Counted from the whole stretch's first letter, positions 34,272 through 45,420 are shown. The stretch is DNA of 62,900 nt, filler included, from Octopus bimaculoides (GCF_001194135.2; 9 parts of 7 records of this genome joined end to end with filler, not necessarily neighbours in it); one strand, 5' to 3'. Numbers and translations: made by a program. Notes: generated by a model not told the origin, from the sequence alone.

Positions 34272-34750
34272 CTTTCGCCTATCTCTCTGCTTGGTTATCT
34301 ATCTATCTATCTGTCAGCCTGTCTGTCTGTCAAAAACATTCGTTCTTAGCTCGAAAGAACAATTCTGAGATTGCATTTGTCTTCCTACAACTTGTATTAG
34401 GAAAAGAGGCCCGTTAAGTTGACAATGATGATGATGATGATATTGCAGTATGTAACTATTAATCACCTTATGTTAATGACATGTGCGTAAGATGATATAA
34501 CATTGTATAAGAACACTGTTGAAGCTGACTATTCGTCACCTTTTTGGTGGGGCTACAGTAATAAGTAATTTTCATTTTATATTTCATCTGCGTAGATATT
34601 CCAATAGATGCCGATAATGTCCTCGTGAAGAAGATGCTGGAAGCAATGCCTTCTATGGGAGCGCTGCATGTGATCAGGAGCGGAGGATGTTCTAGTGTCA
34701 CTTACAACCTTGAATGGATAACGAAACCGGGGAATCATGAATTAGTTCAG
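22889..34750 (+). CDS. PKHD1L1: Fibrocystin-L / PKHD1L1-like protein, internal 16-exon segment (IPT/TIG + PA14 + downstream region), incomplete at both ends
   Basis: 16 GT-AG exons with mutually compatible phases, 2207 nt, ~735 codons without a stop; collinear with vertebrate fibrocystin-L as recalled (NVSF..GR, QTYAE, GS..GGT.LTI.G..FD, G.RGLK.E.W, YYIE, YCG..S.KNP, LC.A, W.Y.C.D, ASPPL.GSF). Confidence 0.92.
23055..23351 (-). mobile_element. R4/Dong-like non-LTR retrotransposon 3' end inserted in a (TAA)n microsatellite
   Basis: Minus peptide EIEITRMWSLKTETIPIIVGALGII(fs)KKYSDKYITKIPGLTNIYNIQKIALLGTAHILRKTLSIQ*; (ATT)n on both flanks (23031-23054, 23352-23389). Confidence 0.8.
23554..23624 (+). 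CDS. PKHD1L1: Fibrocystin-L-like exon 2 (SRVRDEKYFLSRAGKLYQVQTYA)
   Basis: ttttag|ATCG...GCAG|gtaaat, 71 nt, phase 2-1. Confidence 0.88.
23786..23896 (+). CDS. PKHD1L1: Fibrocystin-L-like exon 3, IPT/TIG domain (EIKSVEPREGSVLGGTLLTIKGKNFDETTAKAKVFVG)
   Basis: tttcag|AA...GGAG|gtaata, 111 nt, phase 1-1. Confidence 0.93.
24563..24655 (+). CDS. PKHD1L1: Fibrocystin-L-like exon 4 (GRPCVITSKITDDSILCEVDSKPEHMPLIHA)
   Basis: aag|GG...GCAG|gtaggt, 93 nt, phase 1-1; TIG C-terminal cysteines. Confidence 0.9.
24847..25118 (-). mobile_element. Mariner-derived MITE / internal-deletion derivative with ~55-60-bp TIRs
   Basis: ggtgcataattattgcggcttttattttttttcaacaaattttattcaacaaaa mirrored by ttttgttgaataaaatttgttgaaaaaaaagccgcaataattatgcacc; interior encodes the transposase end RLPSKW*AVIDVDGEY on the minus strand. 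Confidence 0.85.
25160..25545. repeat. (TAG)n/(GTG)n and degenerate (ACA/ACC)n trinucleotide tract in intron 4
   Basis: Direct reading. Confidence 0.85.
25579..25835 (+). CDS. PKHD1L1: Fibrocystin-L-like exon 5, PA14 domain (GNRGLKIESW...RMLGFLVPIYSGRQTLKLNGNGPSQIWLSTNESKEFM)
   Basis: ccatag|GA...ATG|gtaaga, 257 nt, phase 1-0. Confidence 0.92.
26138..26181 (+). CDS. PKHD1L1: Fibrocystin-L-like exon 6 (RRTENVEIDLIKDK)
   Basis: tttcag|CGT...AAAG|gtaaaa, 44 nt, phase 0-2. Confidence 0.82.
26482..26647 (+). CDS. PKHD1L1: Fibrocystin-L-like exon 7 (RYYIEVLYENR...VLSTTEVNETM)
   Basis: tttcag|G...ATG|gtaagt, 166 nt, phase 2-0. Confidence 0.92.
26656..26862 (-). mobile_element. SINE family B (tail type 2) with 16-bp TSD AAACAATGGTAAGTCT (26640-26655 / 26863-26878)
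   Basis: Minus strand aaggcggcgagctggcagaaacgttagc...gagttcaaattccgcc...ggccttgtgcctaaagtggaaaag; exact flanking direct repeat. Confidence 0.93.
26946..27072 (+). CDS. PKHD1L1: Fibrocystin-L-like exon 8 (IIKLNELNKTESSDDIQSL...FKLKFGKAVT)
   Basis: atccag|ATA...ACGT|gtaagt, 127 nt, phase 0-1. Confidence 0.88.
27190..27635 (+). mobile_element. Degenerate RTE-clade LINE 3' fragment
   Basis: Peptide remnants RFIRGFFGVTILDRERNSEI...YGH.IR..QER...RRPKS*PRMEWLDNI. Confidence 0.7.
27797..27937 (+). CDS. PKHD1L1: Fibrocystin-L-like exon 9 (LPLPGTASAKDIQYALDSL...FYIFLKLPI)
   Basis: ttacag|TA...ATTG|gtaagt, 141 nt, phase 1-1. Confidence 0.9.
28120..28285 (-). mobile_element. SINE family E fragment (degenerate)
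   Basis: gtgtgaaatgaagtgctttgcttaacgacatgacac is the reverse complement of the family E core. Confidence 0.55.
28557..28723 (+). CDS. PKHD1L1: Fibrocystin-L-like exon 10 (GSLPLIEV...FAFTLDGVMSSPLSVKATAEQ)
   Basis: tattag|GA...CAG|gtaagt, 167 nt, phase 1-0. Confidence 0.9.
29248..29478 (+). CDS. PKHD1L1: Fibrocystin-L-like exon 11 (ISTALNKMFAVTCP...PFCGKVSVKNPSVIYY...FPF)
   Basis: ccatag|ATA...TTT|gtaagt, 231 nt, phase 0-0. Confidence 0.92.
29655..29787 (-). mobile_element. SINE family B, 5' part, embedded in (GT)n
   Basis: ctggtacttatttaatcgaccccgaaaggataaaaggctaagtcgacctcggcgg...tgctaacgtttct. Confidence 0.9.
30075..30202 (+). CDS. PKHD1L1: Fibrocystin-L-like exon 12 (LCTALHGDADFVMKVNFQY...HLTYLT)
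   Basis: ctgtag|CTG...ACAGA|gtaagt, 128 nt, phase 0-2. Confidence 0.9.
30290..30454 (-). mobile_element. SINE family B (tail type 1), truncated by a gap
   Basis: gggacaaacaagaacagataaagggattaagtcgattacatcgacccc...gtcgacctcggcggg. Confidence 0.9.
30732..30889 (+). CDS. PKHD1L1: Fibrocystin-L-like exon 13 (EWKYICWDVLDSIK...DGTIMS)
   Basis: gtttag|G...TCAG|gtaggt, 158 nt, phase 2-1. Confidence 0.9.
30960..31240 (+). mobile_element. SINE family E copy
   Basis: gttcactcgg...gctgtgtccttgggcaaggttcttcatttcacgatgctc. Confidence 0.6.
31306..31466 (+). CDS. PKHD1L1: Fibrocystin-L-like exon 14 (ELAGATVRQLPPLNP...HNCTDKLPTFQTLPKE)
   Basis: tttcag|AA...GAG|gtaaat, 161 nt, phase 1-0. Confidence 0.9.
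31802..32095 (+). mobile_element. SINE family B tail fragment with a fold-back junction, followed by a diverged full family B copy (tail type 2)
   Basis: attacatcgac-tggg-gtcgatgtaat hairpin; then ggcgatgagccggcagaat...gttcaaattccgccgaggtcga...ccttgtgccaaaattag. Confidence 0.75.
33295..33480 (+). repeat. Penelope-type terminal (pseudo-LTR-like) repeat fragment with a hammerhead-like motif, between (TA)n tracts
   Basis: ctgtagaa-gagc-gtag-gctc-gaaacgtt-aaag arrangement; element class is inferred. Confidence 0.4.
33690..33833. mobile_element. Tigger/pogo-like DNA transposon end
   Basis: Ends ctcgtactgcgaggtatcactg-TA (reverse complement CAGTGATACCTCG...), the pattern of Tigger-type TIRs; the other TIR was not found. 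Confidence 0.45.
34017..34170 (+). CDS. PKHD1L1: Fibrocystin-L-like exon 15 (ILPSSQEM...KASPPLEGSFRVSFNGEQSE)
   Basis: ctgcag|ATT...GAAA|gtaagt, 154 nt, phase 0-1. Confidence 0.9.
34596..34750 (+). CDS. PKHD1L1: Fibrocystin-L-like exon 16 (NIPIDADNVLVKKMLEAMPSMG...GCSSVTYNLEWITKPGNHELVQ)
   Basis: gcgtag|AT...CAG|gtaaga, 155 nt, phase 1-0. Confidence 0.92.
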
Positions 34751-34860
34751 GTAAGATGCAAAGTTAATCGAGTATGTGTGTGTATGAGTGTATGCCTGTG
34801 TGTCTGCATATATATANNNNNNNNNNNNNNNNNNNNNNNNNNNNNNNNNNNNNNNNNNNN

Positions 34861-34872
34861 TTAATTAATTAA
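34861..34872. other. Artificial assembly linker TTAATTAATTAA
   Basis: 44 N + 12-mer + 44 N. Confidence 0.95.
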
Positions 34873-34916
34873 NNNNNNNNNNNNNNNNNNNNNNNNNNNN
34901 NNNNNNNNNNNNNNNN

Positions 34917-34979
<63 letters not shown>

Positions 34980-35399
34980 CACACATATATATTCCATATA
35001 TCCCTGTGTTTTTTTGTGTATATATGTGCATGTAACCTGTTCTATTTGCTCTTATGTTCTTCAATATATATCTGAATGTTTGTATCCTGATTGCAGTAGA
35101 GAAAGAAAGGGGAGAAAGGAAATCTCTAATTACCACCTGTCTGCACTGAAACTTATCTGGAACAAGATTCCTGCCTTTGGTATCCATTTAATGAATGCTT
35201 GAATGCTTAAATGTTTCACCGTCTGCATGTAGTTTATTTGATACCTTCTTATCTATACATACATTTGCGTTCTAATCTATTAGTCTATCAACGTTTCTCC
35301 GTGTAAGTGTTGATCAGTCTGTGTGTGTGTGTGTGTGTGTCTGTTCATATTATCCATCTCTTCCCTATCATCTTAACATATATATATTCTTTTATTAGT

Positions 35400-35795
35400 C
35401 TATTTGTTTCAGTCATTTGACTGTGGCTGTGCTGGGACACTGCCTCAAAGGATTTTAGTTGAAGAAATCAATTCAACATTTATTCTTTGTAAGCCTAGTA
35501 CTTATTTTATCAGACTCTTTCGTTGAACTGCTAAATTATGGGGACGTAAACACACCAGTATTGGCTGTCAAGTGGTGGCGGGGGTGGGGGTGCAAACGCA
35601 GACACACACACATAAATATATACATATATATATGTATGACAGGCTTCTTCCAGTTTCCATCCACCAAGTCCACTCACAAACCTTTGATCGAACTGAAGCT
35701 TTAGTAGAAGACACTTGCCTTTGGTACTATATAGTGGGATTGAACCCAGAACCATGTGGTTGGGAAGCAAGCTTCTTAACACACAGCCATGCCTG
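35400..35795 (-). mobile_element. SINE family A, full-length
   Basis: ttgtttcagtcatttgactgtggc...agaagacacttgcc...ggattgaacccagaaccatgtggttgggaagcaagcttcttaacacacagccatgcctgtgc. Confidence 0.9.
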
Positions 35796-35798
35796 TGC

Positions 35799-35847
<49 letters not shown>

Positions 35848-36100
35848 TGTATGTATGTATGTATGTATGTATGTATGTATGTATGTATGTATGNNNNNNN
35901 NNNNNNNNNNNNNNNNNNNNNNNNNNNNNNNNNNNNNNNNNNNNNNNNNNNNNNNNNNNNNNNNNNNNNNNNNNNNNNNNNNNNNNNNNNNNNNNNNNNN
36001 NNNNNNNNNNNNNNNNNNNNNNNNNNNNNNNNNNNNNNNNNNNNNNNNNNNNNNNNNNNNNNNNNNNNNNNNNNNNNNNNNNNNNNNNNNNNNNNNNNNN

Positions 36101-36331
36101 GGCACATAAAAGACACCATTTCGAGCGTGGCCGTTTTCGTGCGGGTGACACGTAAAAGCACCCACTACACTCTCTGAGTGGTTGGCGTTAGGAAGGGCAT
36201 CCAGCTGTAGAAACTCTGCCAAATCAGACTGGAGCCTGGTGTTGCCATCCGGTTTCACCAGTCCTCAGTCAAATCGTCCAACCCATGCTAGCATGGAAAG
36301 CGGACGTTAAACGATGATGATGATGATGATG
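36101..36331 (+). mobile_element. RTE-LINE 3' end with (GAT)n tail
   Basis: Near-identical to 17859-18133. Confidence 0.9.
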
Positions 36332-36729
36332 TATATATATATATATGTTTCAAAAGTTGAGCAGAAGCTCGACAAAGCAATAAATGGAAAATCCACACGT
36401 AAGAGATGAACGTGCATTTTCCTTGTCAGCTATCATCCAAAAAATCATTACAATTTCATGCTTTTAATGATAATATTATTCATTTTTGCCAGTGTCAACA
36501 GTGAAAAGCTGTTGGGAATAGCATTGCAAACAATGAGGACAGTGATGAAAACAAACGACATATAAATGTGAATATACAAACAAAATAAAGTCTGTGCGGC
36601 TCCAAGACAAGACAAATGTATAGTAACACAATGGAAACTGTCCTATAAGACAGGTAATGGAAAGTGAATGGATGGAAGGATAAAGCAAAAGGTGAGAAAA
36701 TGAATGGGGAAAAAGTCAAACTGTTGAAA

Positions 36730-36772
<43 letters not shown>

Positions 36773-36774
36773 AT

Positions 36775-37040
36775 GTGACCATGTGACTGACTAGACTATC
36801 AGATGTTGTTACACATTGCTGGTCACAATGTGCTTTCAGATTGTTTTAGCCTTCAGATGACACCACTCCCACGGCTAGGTGAGAAGGCCAGCATAACCTG
36901 CTGAGCGAAACGGGGATGGGAGCGATGTGAAATGAAGTATTTTGTTTAAGAACAAAACATGCTACCCAGTCAGGAAATTGAACCCATGATCTAACGATCA
37001 TGTGTGCATGAGTGCAGCAGCCTAACCACTTGGCCATGCA
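36775..37040 (-). mobile_element. SINE family E copy (CpG-decayed)
   Basis: ggagcgatgtgaaatgaagtattttgtttaagaac...gaaattgaacccatgatc...cctaaccacttggccatgc. Confidence 0.6.
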
Positions 37041-37154
37041 TCTTTTCATATAATGATATGTGTGTGTATGTGTGTTTGTATGTATTTCTCTGTGTGTGCA
37101 TGTATGTGTACATACATACATATATANNNNNNNNNNTGTGTGTGCATGTATGTG

Positions 37155-37212
<58 letters not shown>

Positions 37213-37844
37213 TACATGTACACAAATACATGTCTGTATTTCTGTGTGCGTGTCTGTGTGTGTACATACATATACACACATATGTATGTACACACATGCA
37301 CAGAATAATACATACACATACATGTACCATCATCATTTTAAAGTCTACTTCCCCATGCTTGCCTGGGTCGGATGGGGTTTATAGAGACAAATCTTCTCTT
37401 CCTGTTGTCAACCCTCACTTGTTGCTAACCAAGGCAACATCTCTCCTTGGCTAGGTATGAAGAATATTGGAAATGAATGACATTGCTTTGTATGACAGGG
37501 AGACTCATTTACAATTTTCACATGATGCCAGAAAATGAGATGCAAACATACACATGCTTGCACATATACAAACACATACACACACACATATGCATATACT
37601 GCAGGCTTCTTTCAATTTCTGCCTACCAACTCCTCTCACAAGGTTTTAGTTAGCCCAGAGCCATAGTAGAAGACACTAGCCAATGGTGCCAAGCAGTGGG
37701 ACTGCACTCAAAATTTGAAATTCAAAATATATAATAAAACTACAAAATTAACTGTAAAAGAAGACACTGACTTCATAGTTTCACCTTCAATTTTTATTTT
37801 ACTCTCTTTGTATCTATCAATCTATCCTTCAATTTGTCTCTCTG

Positions 37845-37857
37845 CATCTGTCTGTCG

Positions 37858-37917
<60 letters not shown>

Positions 37918-37950
37918 GCCTGCCTGTCTGTCTGTCTGTCTGTCTATCCA
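37845..37950. repeat. (CTGT)n microsatellite
   Basis: Direct reading. Confidence 0.95.
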
Positions 37951-38982
37951 TATTGCTAGGGAGCCTGTCTCAGTTATAAACATTAGACCATTATAGTTCC
38001 ATCTGAGAACTTTTCCCACTCTGGCTGATTACCTTATACACTTAGCAGTAGATAACAAAAAAAAAACAACTTAATTAGGTCAGGATGCATTCACATCACT
38101 GACCACTTATAATGAGGATAGTATGCTACCATAAGATAAATGGACAAATTTAAAAGGTATTGAAAAAAAGAAGAAATATTGTTTTAGTTTAGGTAATCAG
38201 ACTACCAGTAGCAATAAAGTTTTACACTTTTTTGAATATTAGAAGTCTAATATTAATTGAGATGAATAAAGTAAGTTGAAATTCTAATCATATTTTGTCC
38301 CAATTCACAAAAAAGTAAAAAATAGAAAATATAATTGTGACATTTAGTGTGAATTTGTTAAAATCTAACTAAAGTAAATTTGCAATTATTAGACTAGGAT
38401 AACTTATGTGCCCTTCCATGTGGTTTCTAATTAAAAATCTTTATTTAGAAAATACTTAAATATTTTTCTCAGTGAATGTGTGCATTTTACTGTTAATTCT
38501 TTTCCGTGATTTGATAACCTGCAATTAGAGGCAAAGATATGAAATATTTCTTCCAAGCACAGACCACCTCTTGAATTTCAAGTATCCCTATCCTTTAAAG
38601 TCCAGATGAACCTACTCAAACTTATGCAATTCATATTTTTACCTATTTTTGAATGAAGAAAATGGTTACATAATTTTTGCTTAAAGTTAGTGGAACATGT
38701 TCTTATGTAATAACTAAAAATACTGTCAGCTGTTACTGTACATCTATAAACCAGGATTTTCCTGAGGTATTGCCCTTGAAGTAGACAAATTAATTTACTC
38801 TTACAGCTACAATAATGCTTATTAATATTACCTTCTGCTTGCTACTGGCAAAAAATATTATGTATTATGCATCACTCTATGGATATTATCAGTTTTGCTA
38901 TAGATTAAATTAGAGGTGTTATTGGATCCCTCACTTGATTCATATAAGTGTGGTTTCAGCTGTTATACATACACACACACAC

Positions 38983-39849
38983 ACGTGGTATCAAAGAGTT
39001 CTCAGATGGCAGCCCTCAGTTGCATACACAGTGAGAGCTAGCAGTGACATTCATGAAGCAGTGTGCCAAGTGACATCACTGTTTTTACTTCACAAGTTGT
39101 AAAATTTGTGTTTTTGTGATTACATGTATGTGTAGTCTGTGATTTTTGTCACGGACATGAACAGAGAGCCAATGTGAAATTTTGTGTTATACTTGGGAAG
39201 TTTGCTACAAAGTCATTGAGCATGCTTCAGCAAGCTTATGACAATGAAGCAATGGGTTGTACACAATGTTCCAAATGGCATAGGTGCTTCAAAAGTGGAA
39301 GAACATCTCTGGAAGATGATGAACAATCTGGAAGACCTACCACGAATATCACACCAGGAAATGTGGAGAAAGTTCATCAGCGTGTGCATGAGGATCGTTG
39401 AGGACAATTGATGATGCTTTGAAGTGTTTGAGGGAGGACATTTGGTGAAAGCAACTGGATCTGCGGAGCATGAAGAATTGGATTCTTCATGATAACAATG
39501 CACCCTGTCACCAAGCTCTTCTCACTCATGAGCTTCTTGCTAAAAACAACATGGTATTGCTTCTGCACTTATCCTATTCACCAGATTTAGCACCCGTGGA
39601 CTTCCATCTCTTCCCAAGATCATCATTTTAACACCATTGTCAAGATCAAGAGTGAATTGCAGAAGGTCCTTGACTTGTTTATGGAAGTCAACTTCCAGGC
39701 TGGATTCCAAAGGTGGCAGGAACACTGGGGCCACTGTATTGCCACATAGGGTGACTATTTCAAAGGAGATGATGTTAAAACTTAGGTTAATAAGTTATTT
39801 TTTATAAAAACATAACTAGTCCAGAAACTTTTTTGATACCACCTTGGTA
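38983..39849 (+). mobile_element. Mariner (Tc1/mariner, D,D34D-type) transposon relic, internally deleted
   Basis: TIRs gtggtatcaaagagttct / agaaactttttgataccac; transposase remnants KWHRCFKSGRTSLEDDEQSGRP, LHDNAPCH, YSPDLAPVDFHLFP, WQEHWGHCI...GDYFKGD. Confidence 0.9.
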
Positions 39850-40851
39850 TATATATATATGTACACACACATAGGCACACACACATATCTGCCAAACTTG
39901 TCATTCATATCAGTAGCTATACAACTAATTCTATTTATGTGGCAATCTATTTATCAAACATATCTATGTCTGCCCATCTATTAATCTATTCATATCTCTC
40001 TTCCATTCTCTTTACAGTATTACTGGTTTTATATTCATATATCACTCAACATGGTTATTGATCTAGTCATTGGTTTTTGTATTTCACTATCTACCTATTG
40101 ATTTATGTTTGGCTATATTTGCAAGCATATATGCAATTATGCTTGTGTGTAAAAGTATGTATGTGTATTAATGTGTGTATGTAGGAATGGCTGCATGTAC
40201 GTATACATACATGAATGCATATATATATGTATATATATATATATATATACATATATATACATNNNNNNNNNNNNNNNNNNNNNNNNNNNNNNNNNNNNNN
40301 NNNNNNNNNNNNNNNNNNNNNNNNNNNNNNNNNNNNNNNNNNNNNNNNNNNNNNNNNNNNNNNNNNNNNNNNNNNNNNNNNNNNNNNNNNNNNNNNNNNN
40401 NNNNNNNNNNNNNNNNNNNNNNNNNNNNNNNNNNNNNNNNNNNNNNNNNNNNNNNNNNNNNNNNNNNNNNNNNNNNNNNNNNNNNNNNNNNNNNNNNNNN
40501 NNNNNNNNNNNNNNNNNNNNNNNNNNNNNNNNNNNNNNNNNNNNNNNNNNNNNNNNNNNNNNNNNNNNNNNNNNNNNNNNNNNNNNNNNNNNNNNNNNNN
40601 NNNNNNNNNNNNNNNNNNNNNNNNNNNNNNNNNNNNNNNNNNNNNNNNNNNNNNNNNNNNNNNNNNNNNNNNNNNNNNNNNNNNNNNNNNNNNNNNNNNN
40701 NNNNNNNNNNNNNNNNNNNNNNNNNNNNNNNNNNNNNNNNNNNNNNNNNNNNNNNNNNNNNNNNNNNNNNNNNNNNNNNNNNNNNNNNNNNNNNNNNNNN
40801 NNNNNNNNNNNNNNNNNNNNNNNNNNNNNNNNNNNNNNNNNNNNNNNNNNN

Positions 40852-40900
<49 letters not shown>

Positions 40901-41025
40901 CATATATATACGAACCACAATACTTACCCCCCATAGCATAGCTACCCTCCCATTCCATCTATACATTTAAGGCAGATTTATCAACAGACTTTCAACCACA
41001 ATATGCATTTAATATGCTGAACAGT

Positions 41026-41097
<72 letters not shown>

Positions 41098-41098
41098 A
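41026..41098. repeat. (TAC)n microsatellite
   Basis: Direct reading. Confidence 0.97.
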
Positions 41099-41099
41099 G

Positions 41100-41962
41100 C
41101 ACCCCAGCGATATTGCACATCTGCAGCTGGAATTGGACTCAATCTACAGATGGGGTGAGGATAATGATATGCAGTTTAATGCTGAAAAATTCCAAGCCCT
41201 GCACTACCAGCATCCAAAACTGAATATGAAACTTGCAGGGTATACTGGTCCACAGGGAATTACAATCCCAGAGCCTAGATCAATGAGGGACTTAAGTATC
41301 AACATGAGTGATGATACCTCTTTCCAAGTGCACGTCCCCGGGATAGCGACAAAGGGCAGACAACTGGCTGGATGGATCCTAAGAACATTCAGAACCAGAG
41401 ATAAGGAAACCATGATATTCCTCTGGAGGACATTCGTCCTCAGCCACCTGGATTACTGCTCCCAGCTATGGCCACCCAATATTGTAAAAGTAAGAGTGGA
41501 CGTTGAAGCAATCCAGCAAAGCTTCACAAAGAAGATTGTCTCTTTGCAACTGCTCAGCTACTGGGAAAGGCTGAAACAGCTAAGACTCTACTCCTTGGAG
41601 TGAAGGCAGGAGAGGTATGCAGTAATATACATCTGGAAGATTCTGGAAGGAATTGTGCCAAATTTTGGCATTGACAGCTACACCAGTGCCAGAACGGGTC
41701 AACACTGCATAGTGCCAAAATCCCAACAATGCCATCACGCTTCAAGACTGGTTACTGCAACAGCATGAGTTTCAGGGGCCCACAGCTTTTTAATATTCTC
41801 CTAAAGAACCTGAGGAACCTGCACAAAGTAGATGTAGGCATTTTAAAATCAAGGCTGGACTTCTTCCTGCTGAGAATCCCAGATGAACCTACCTCATGGG
41901 CAAGAGGTGCAAATGAGGGTAGCTACATCAAACTCCATTCTTCACCAAGTGCCACATATTAG
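41100..41962 (+). mobile_element. CR1/L2-group LINE, 5'-truncated 3' fragment (post-YADD RT C-terminus)
   Basis: LDSIYRW..NDMQFNAEKF, RDL.INMS, GWILRTFRTRD, SHLDYCSQLW, LSYWERLKQLRLYSLE*RQERY, LDFFLLRIPDEP. Confidence 0.9.
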
Positions 41963-42064
41963 AGGAGGCTCTCAGTAATAAGAGTGTAGCAAAACGGTGA
42001 TGCTCCAGCATGGCCACAGCTCTGAGCTGAAACTATAAAAAAACAAATATATATNNNNNNNNNN

Positions 42065-45000
42065 ATGGGTTGGACGGTTCGACCAGGGTCTAGGAAGCCA
42101 AGAGGCTGCACCAGGCTCCAGTCTGATATATCAGTGTTTCTACAGCTGGATGCCCTTCCTAACACCAACCACTCCGAGAGTGTAGTGGGTGCTTTTTACA
42201 TGCCACCAGCACAGGGGCCAGAGGAGGCTGGCAATGGCCACGATTGGTTGGTGCTTTTTACATGCCACTGGCATGGATATCACAACTACAATTTCCATTT
42301 GATTTCCATTTTGATGTTGATGTACTTGACTCAATAGGTCTCTTTAAGCACAGCAGGTCACCCTACAATCCAAGGTACTTTTGAATGGGCTGGGGCTGGT
42401 TATGCAAAACTGGTGTAGGATACTGTCGTCAACTCACTTTATTTGCTGGGTCTTCACAGTCACAGCATATCTCAGTCTTTTGTCAGTGCCTCTGTGAGGC
42501 CCAACATTCAAAGGTCATGCTTGACCATCTCATCCCATGTCTTTCTGGGTCTACCTCTACCCAGGATTCCTTCAACTGTTTGGGAGTGGCACTCCTCATC
42601 CATCCATAGTACATGACCATACCAGTGCAAATGTCTCTCTTGCATGCCACACCTGATGCTTCTTACACTCTGTTGTGTGTGCACACTGACATTACACACC
42701 CAGCGTATCATGTTAGCTTCATTTCTTTCGAGCCTACACATGTCCTCCACAGTCATGGCCCATGTTTCACTGCCGTGAAGCATGGAAGTTCGCACACATG
42801 CATCATACAATCTACCTTTCACTCTAAGCAAGAGGCCCTTTGTCACCAGTAGGGGTAGAAGCGTTCTAAACTTTGCCCAGGCTATTCTTATTCTAGTGGC
42901 AACACTCTCTGAGCATCCACCCCCACTACTAACTTGGTCACCTGAGTAGTGGAAGCTATCAACTACTTCTAGTTTCTCCCCTTGGAATGTGATGGAATCT
43001 GTTTTCTGAGCATCTGGGGTTTTTATTGCCCCTGTGCATCTGCCGCACACGAAAGCTATCTTCTCGGTTAATCTTTCTTTGATGTTACTGCACCTTTTAT
43101 GTGTTCATAGCTTACACTGGGTACATCTTATGGAGTTTCTACCTACACCTTTTCTACAGATCGAGCAGGGCCACCTACCTGAGGGTGTGAATGATGTGTT
43201 CACCTTCCTATTTACTAGAACTTTGGTCTTTGCTCCATTGACTCTAAGGCTTTTTGATTCTAAACCTTGCTTCCACACCTAAAATTTCTTTACTAGTTCT
43301 GGTAGTGATTCTGCTATGAGGGCCAGGTCATCAGCATAGAGGAGCTCCCAGAGGCAACCCATCTTGAATTCCTCTGTTATTGCCTGGAGGACTATGATGA
43401 ATAAAAGGGGACCGAGGGCTGAACCTTGGTAGACCCCTACTTCTACCTGGAATTCTTCACTATGCTCATTGCCAATCCTAACTTTACTAATGGTGTCTCT
43501 GTACAGCCCTTATTAACCATTCATCAATCTCTAGTTTCTGCATTGCTCACCAGATAAGGGATCAGGGGACCATGTCAAAGGTTTTCTCCAAGTTCACAAA
43601 AGCTAAGTATAGGGGTTTATCTTTAGCTAGGTATTTCTCCTGCAGTTGTCGAACCAGGAATATGGCATCAGTGAAGCTTCTACTCGGCACAAAACTGAAC
43701 TGCATCTCATTTAAGCAGACTCTCTTCCTAATTAGTTGGGCTATGACCCTCTTCATGACCTTCATCACCTGATCCAGCAGTTTGATACCCCTGTAGTTAT
43801 TTCTATCTAGAGCATCACCTTTACTCTTGTAGTAGTTGAGTATGGTGCTGCTACGTCAGTCATTGTGTATGACTCCATCATGAACTATCTGGTTTACAAT
43901 GTGGGTGACTAGGCCATAGCTCACACCACCAGATGTTTTAAGCATCTTAGCTGTGATTCCTGATGGACCGGGGGCTTTTCCTGGCTTCATACCCTTAATT
44001 GCTTTTTCTACCAGGGAGCTCTCTATTCAGATAGCTGGTCCCTCTACTGGGTCAACATTTGTCAGGCTCTCCTCCTCCCATTCATTCTCCACATTCAGCA
44101 GCCTTTCATAATGGCTTCCCCAAGCATCTTTCTTTTCAGAATCATTAAAAGCAAGTGCACCATCATCCATGCGGACACATTTCTCTCCTGTGACATCGCA
44201 ATTTTCTCTGACACATTATCTTGCAATCCAAAATACCTCAGTCCTTTGATCCTCACATCGCTGGACATTGGCAAACTTCTTCTTTTCCGCTTCGCCCTTG
44301 GTTATGTATACCTGCCACCTAACCTCTCTTTTGGCTACCTGGTACAGTTCCCTGCTACCCCAACCCTTCCAGACTTTCCAGGCTTTCCAGGCTTTCCAGG
44401 CTTTCCAGGCCTGTTTCTTTGCTCTAATGGTTTTGTCTACCATACTATTCCACCACCACATAACTCTCGGTCGGGAAGGGATTTTGCACCATCAACAGAC
44501 TTGGTCTGTGGCACTCAGCAAGCTGTCTCGTAGGAATTTCCAGCTACCTTCTATGTCCAATTTCTGTAGCTCCTCCTCCCTTTCATCAAATTTCTTGATG
44601 AGGATGTCCCTAAATCTTTGACCATGTGAAGGGTTCTTTAGCTTGCAAATACTTTTTTGGATTGGTCTGCTTCTTGATATCCTTCTGGCCTCAAGCCTAA
44701 AGTCACTAATGACTAGCCTATGCTGGGGGTTACATTCTTCACCAGGGAGGGTCTTTGTATTTAAGAGCAACCTGGCGTCCCACTGTCTAGTGAAGATGAA
44801 ATCAATCTGGCTAGCAAAGTCACCTGATTGATAGGTTATAAGGTGGCTGTCTGGCTTCCTGCAGTTAGTGTTGCAGATTAAAAGGTTACATGCATCACAG
44901 AACTCCAGTAGCCTAGTTCCTTCATTGTTCTGGGTGCCAATACCATGGCCCCTGTGTACCCCAGTGAAGATACCAGATTTTCGCCCAACATGCCCATTAA

Positions 45001-45420
45001 AATCGCCAGCCACAAAGATGAGGTCATTGCCACTCGCCTTTGAGATAGCCTGTAGAAGGGGATCATAAAAGTGGTCCTTCTGATCATTTTGTAGCCCTGC
45101 ATGTGGGGCATAGGTGGAGATAATTGTAGCTGTGCTGTTCTGCAGGACTAGCCTGAGTTTAAACACTCTATCGCATACCCTATTACTTTATCCACCCATT
45201 TCTCTGCAAGGAGCCTGCCTACACCCCCTACACCAGCCATGTTACCTTGCCAGAAGACTTTATACCTATGTGCCTTGCTTGTGAGGATCGTAGCTGAAGC
45301 TCCTCTCCATCTGACCTCTTGTATGCAGCATACATCAACCCATCTCCTTTCAAGCATCACTACAATCTCACTAGACATACCTTTCAGTGTACCAACATTG
45401 ACAGTGCCAACTCTGAAAAC
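42065..45420 (-). mobile_element. Near-full-length RTE-clade LINE (APE endonuclease + RT + 3' UTR), inactivated by stops and frameshifts
   Basis: VGTLKGMSSEIVVMLERRWVDVCCIQEVRWRG, ISTYAPH, VAGDFNGHVG, SQIDFI, QHRLVISD, KAPGPSGI, NYRGIKLL, AFVNLEKTFD, VGVYQGSALGPLLF, LLYADDL, LEVVDSF.Y.GD, GRGRPRKTW. Confidence 0.95.

Noticed and set aside
12601-34750. ZNF gene nested in or co-regulated with the fibrocystin-L gene
   Set aside because: Separated by a synthetic linker at 21918; no upstream fibrocystin-L exons found; adjacency unproven
36400-38950. Continuation exons of fibrocystin-L downstream of exon 16
   Set aside because: No AG-ORF-GT unit with matching phase or TIG-like sequence found here or further downstream
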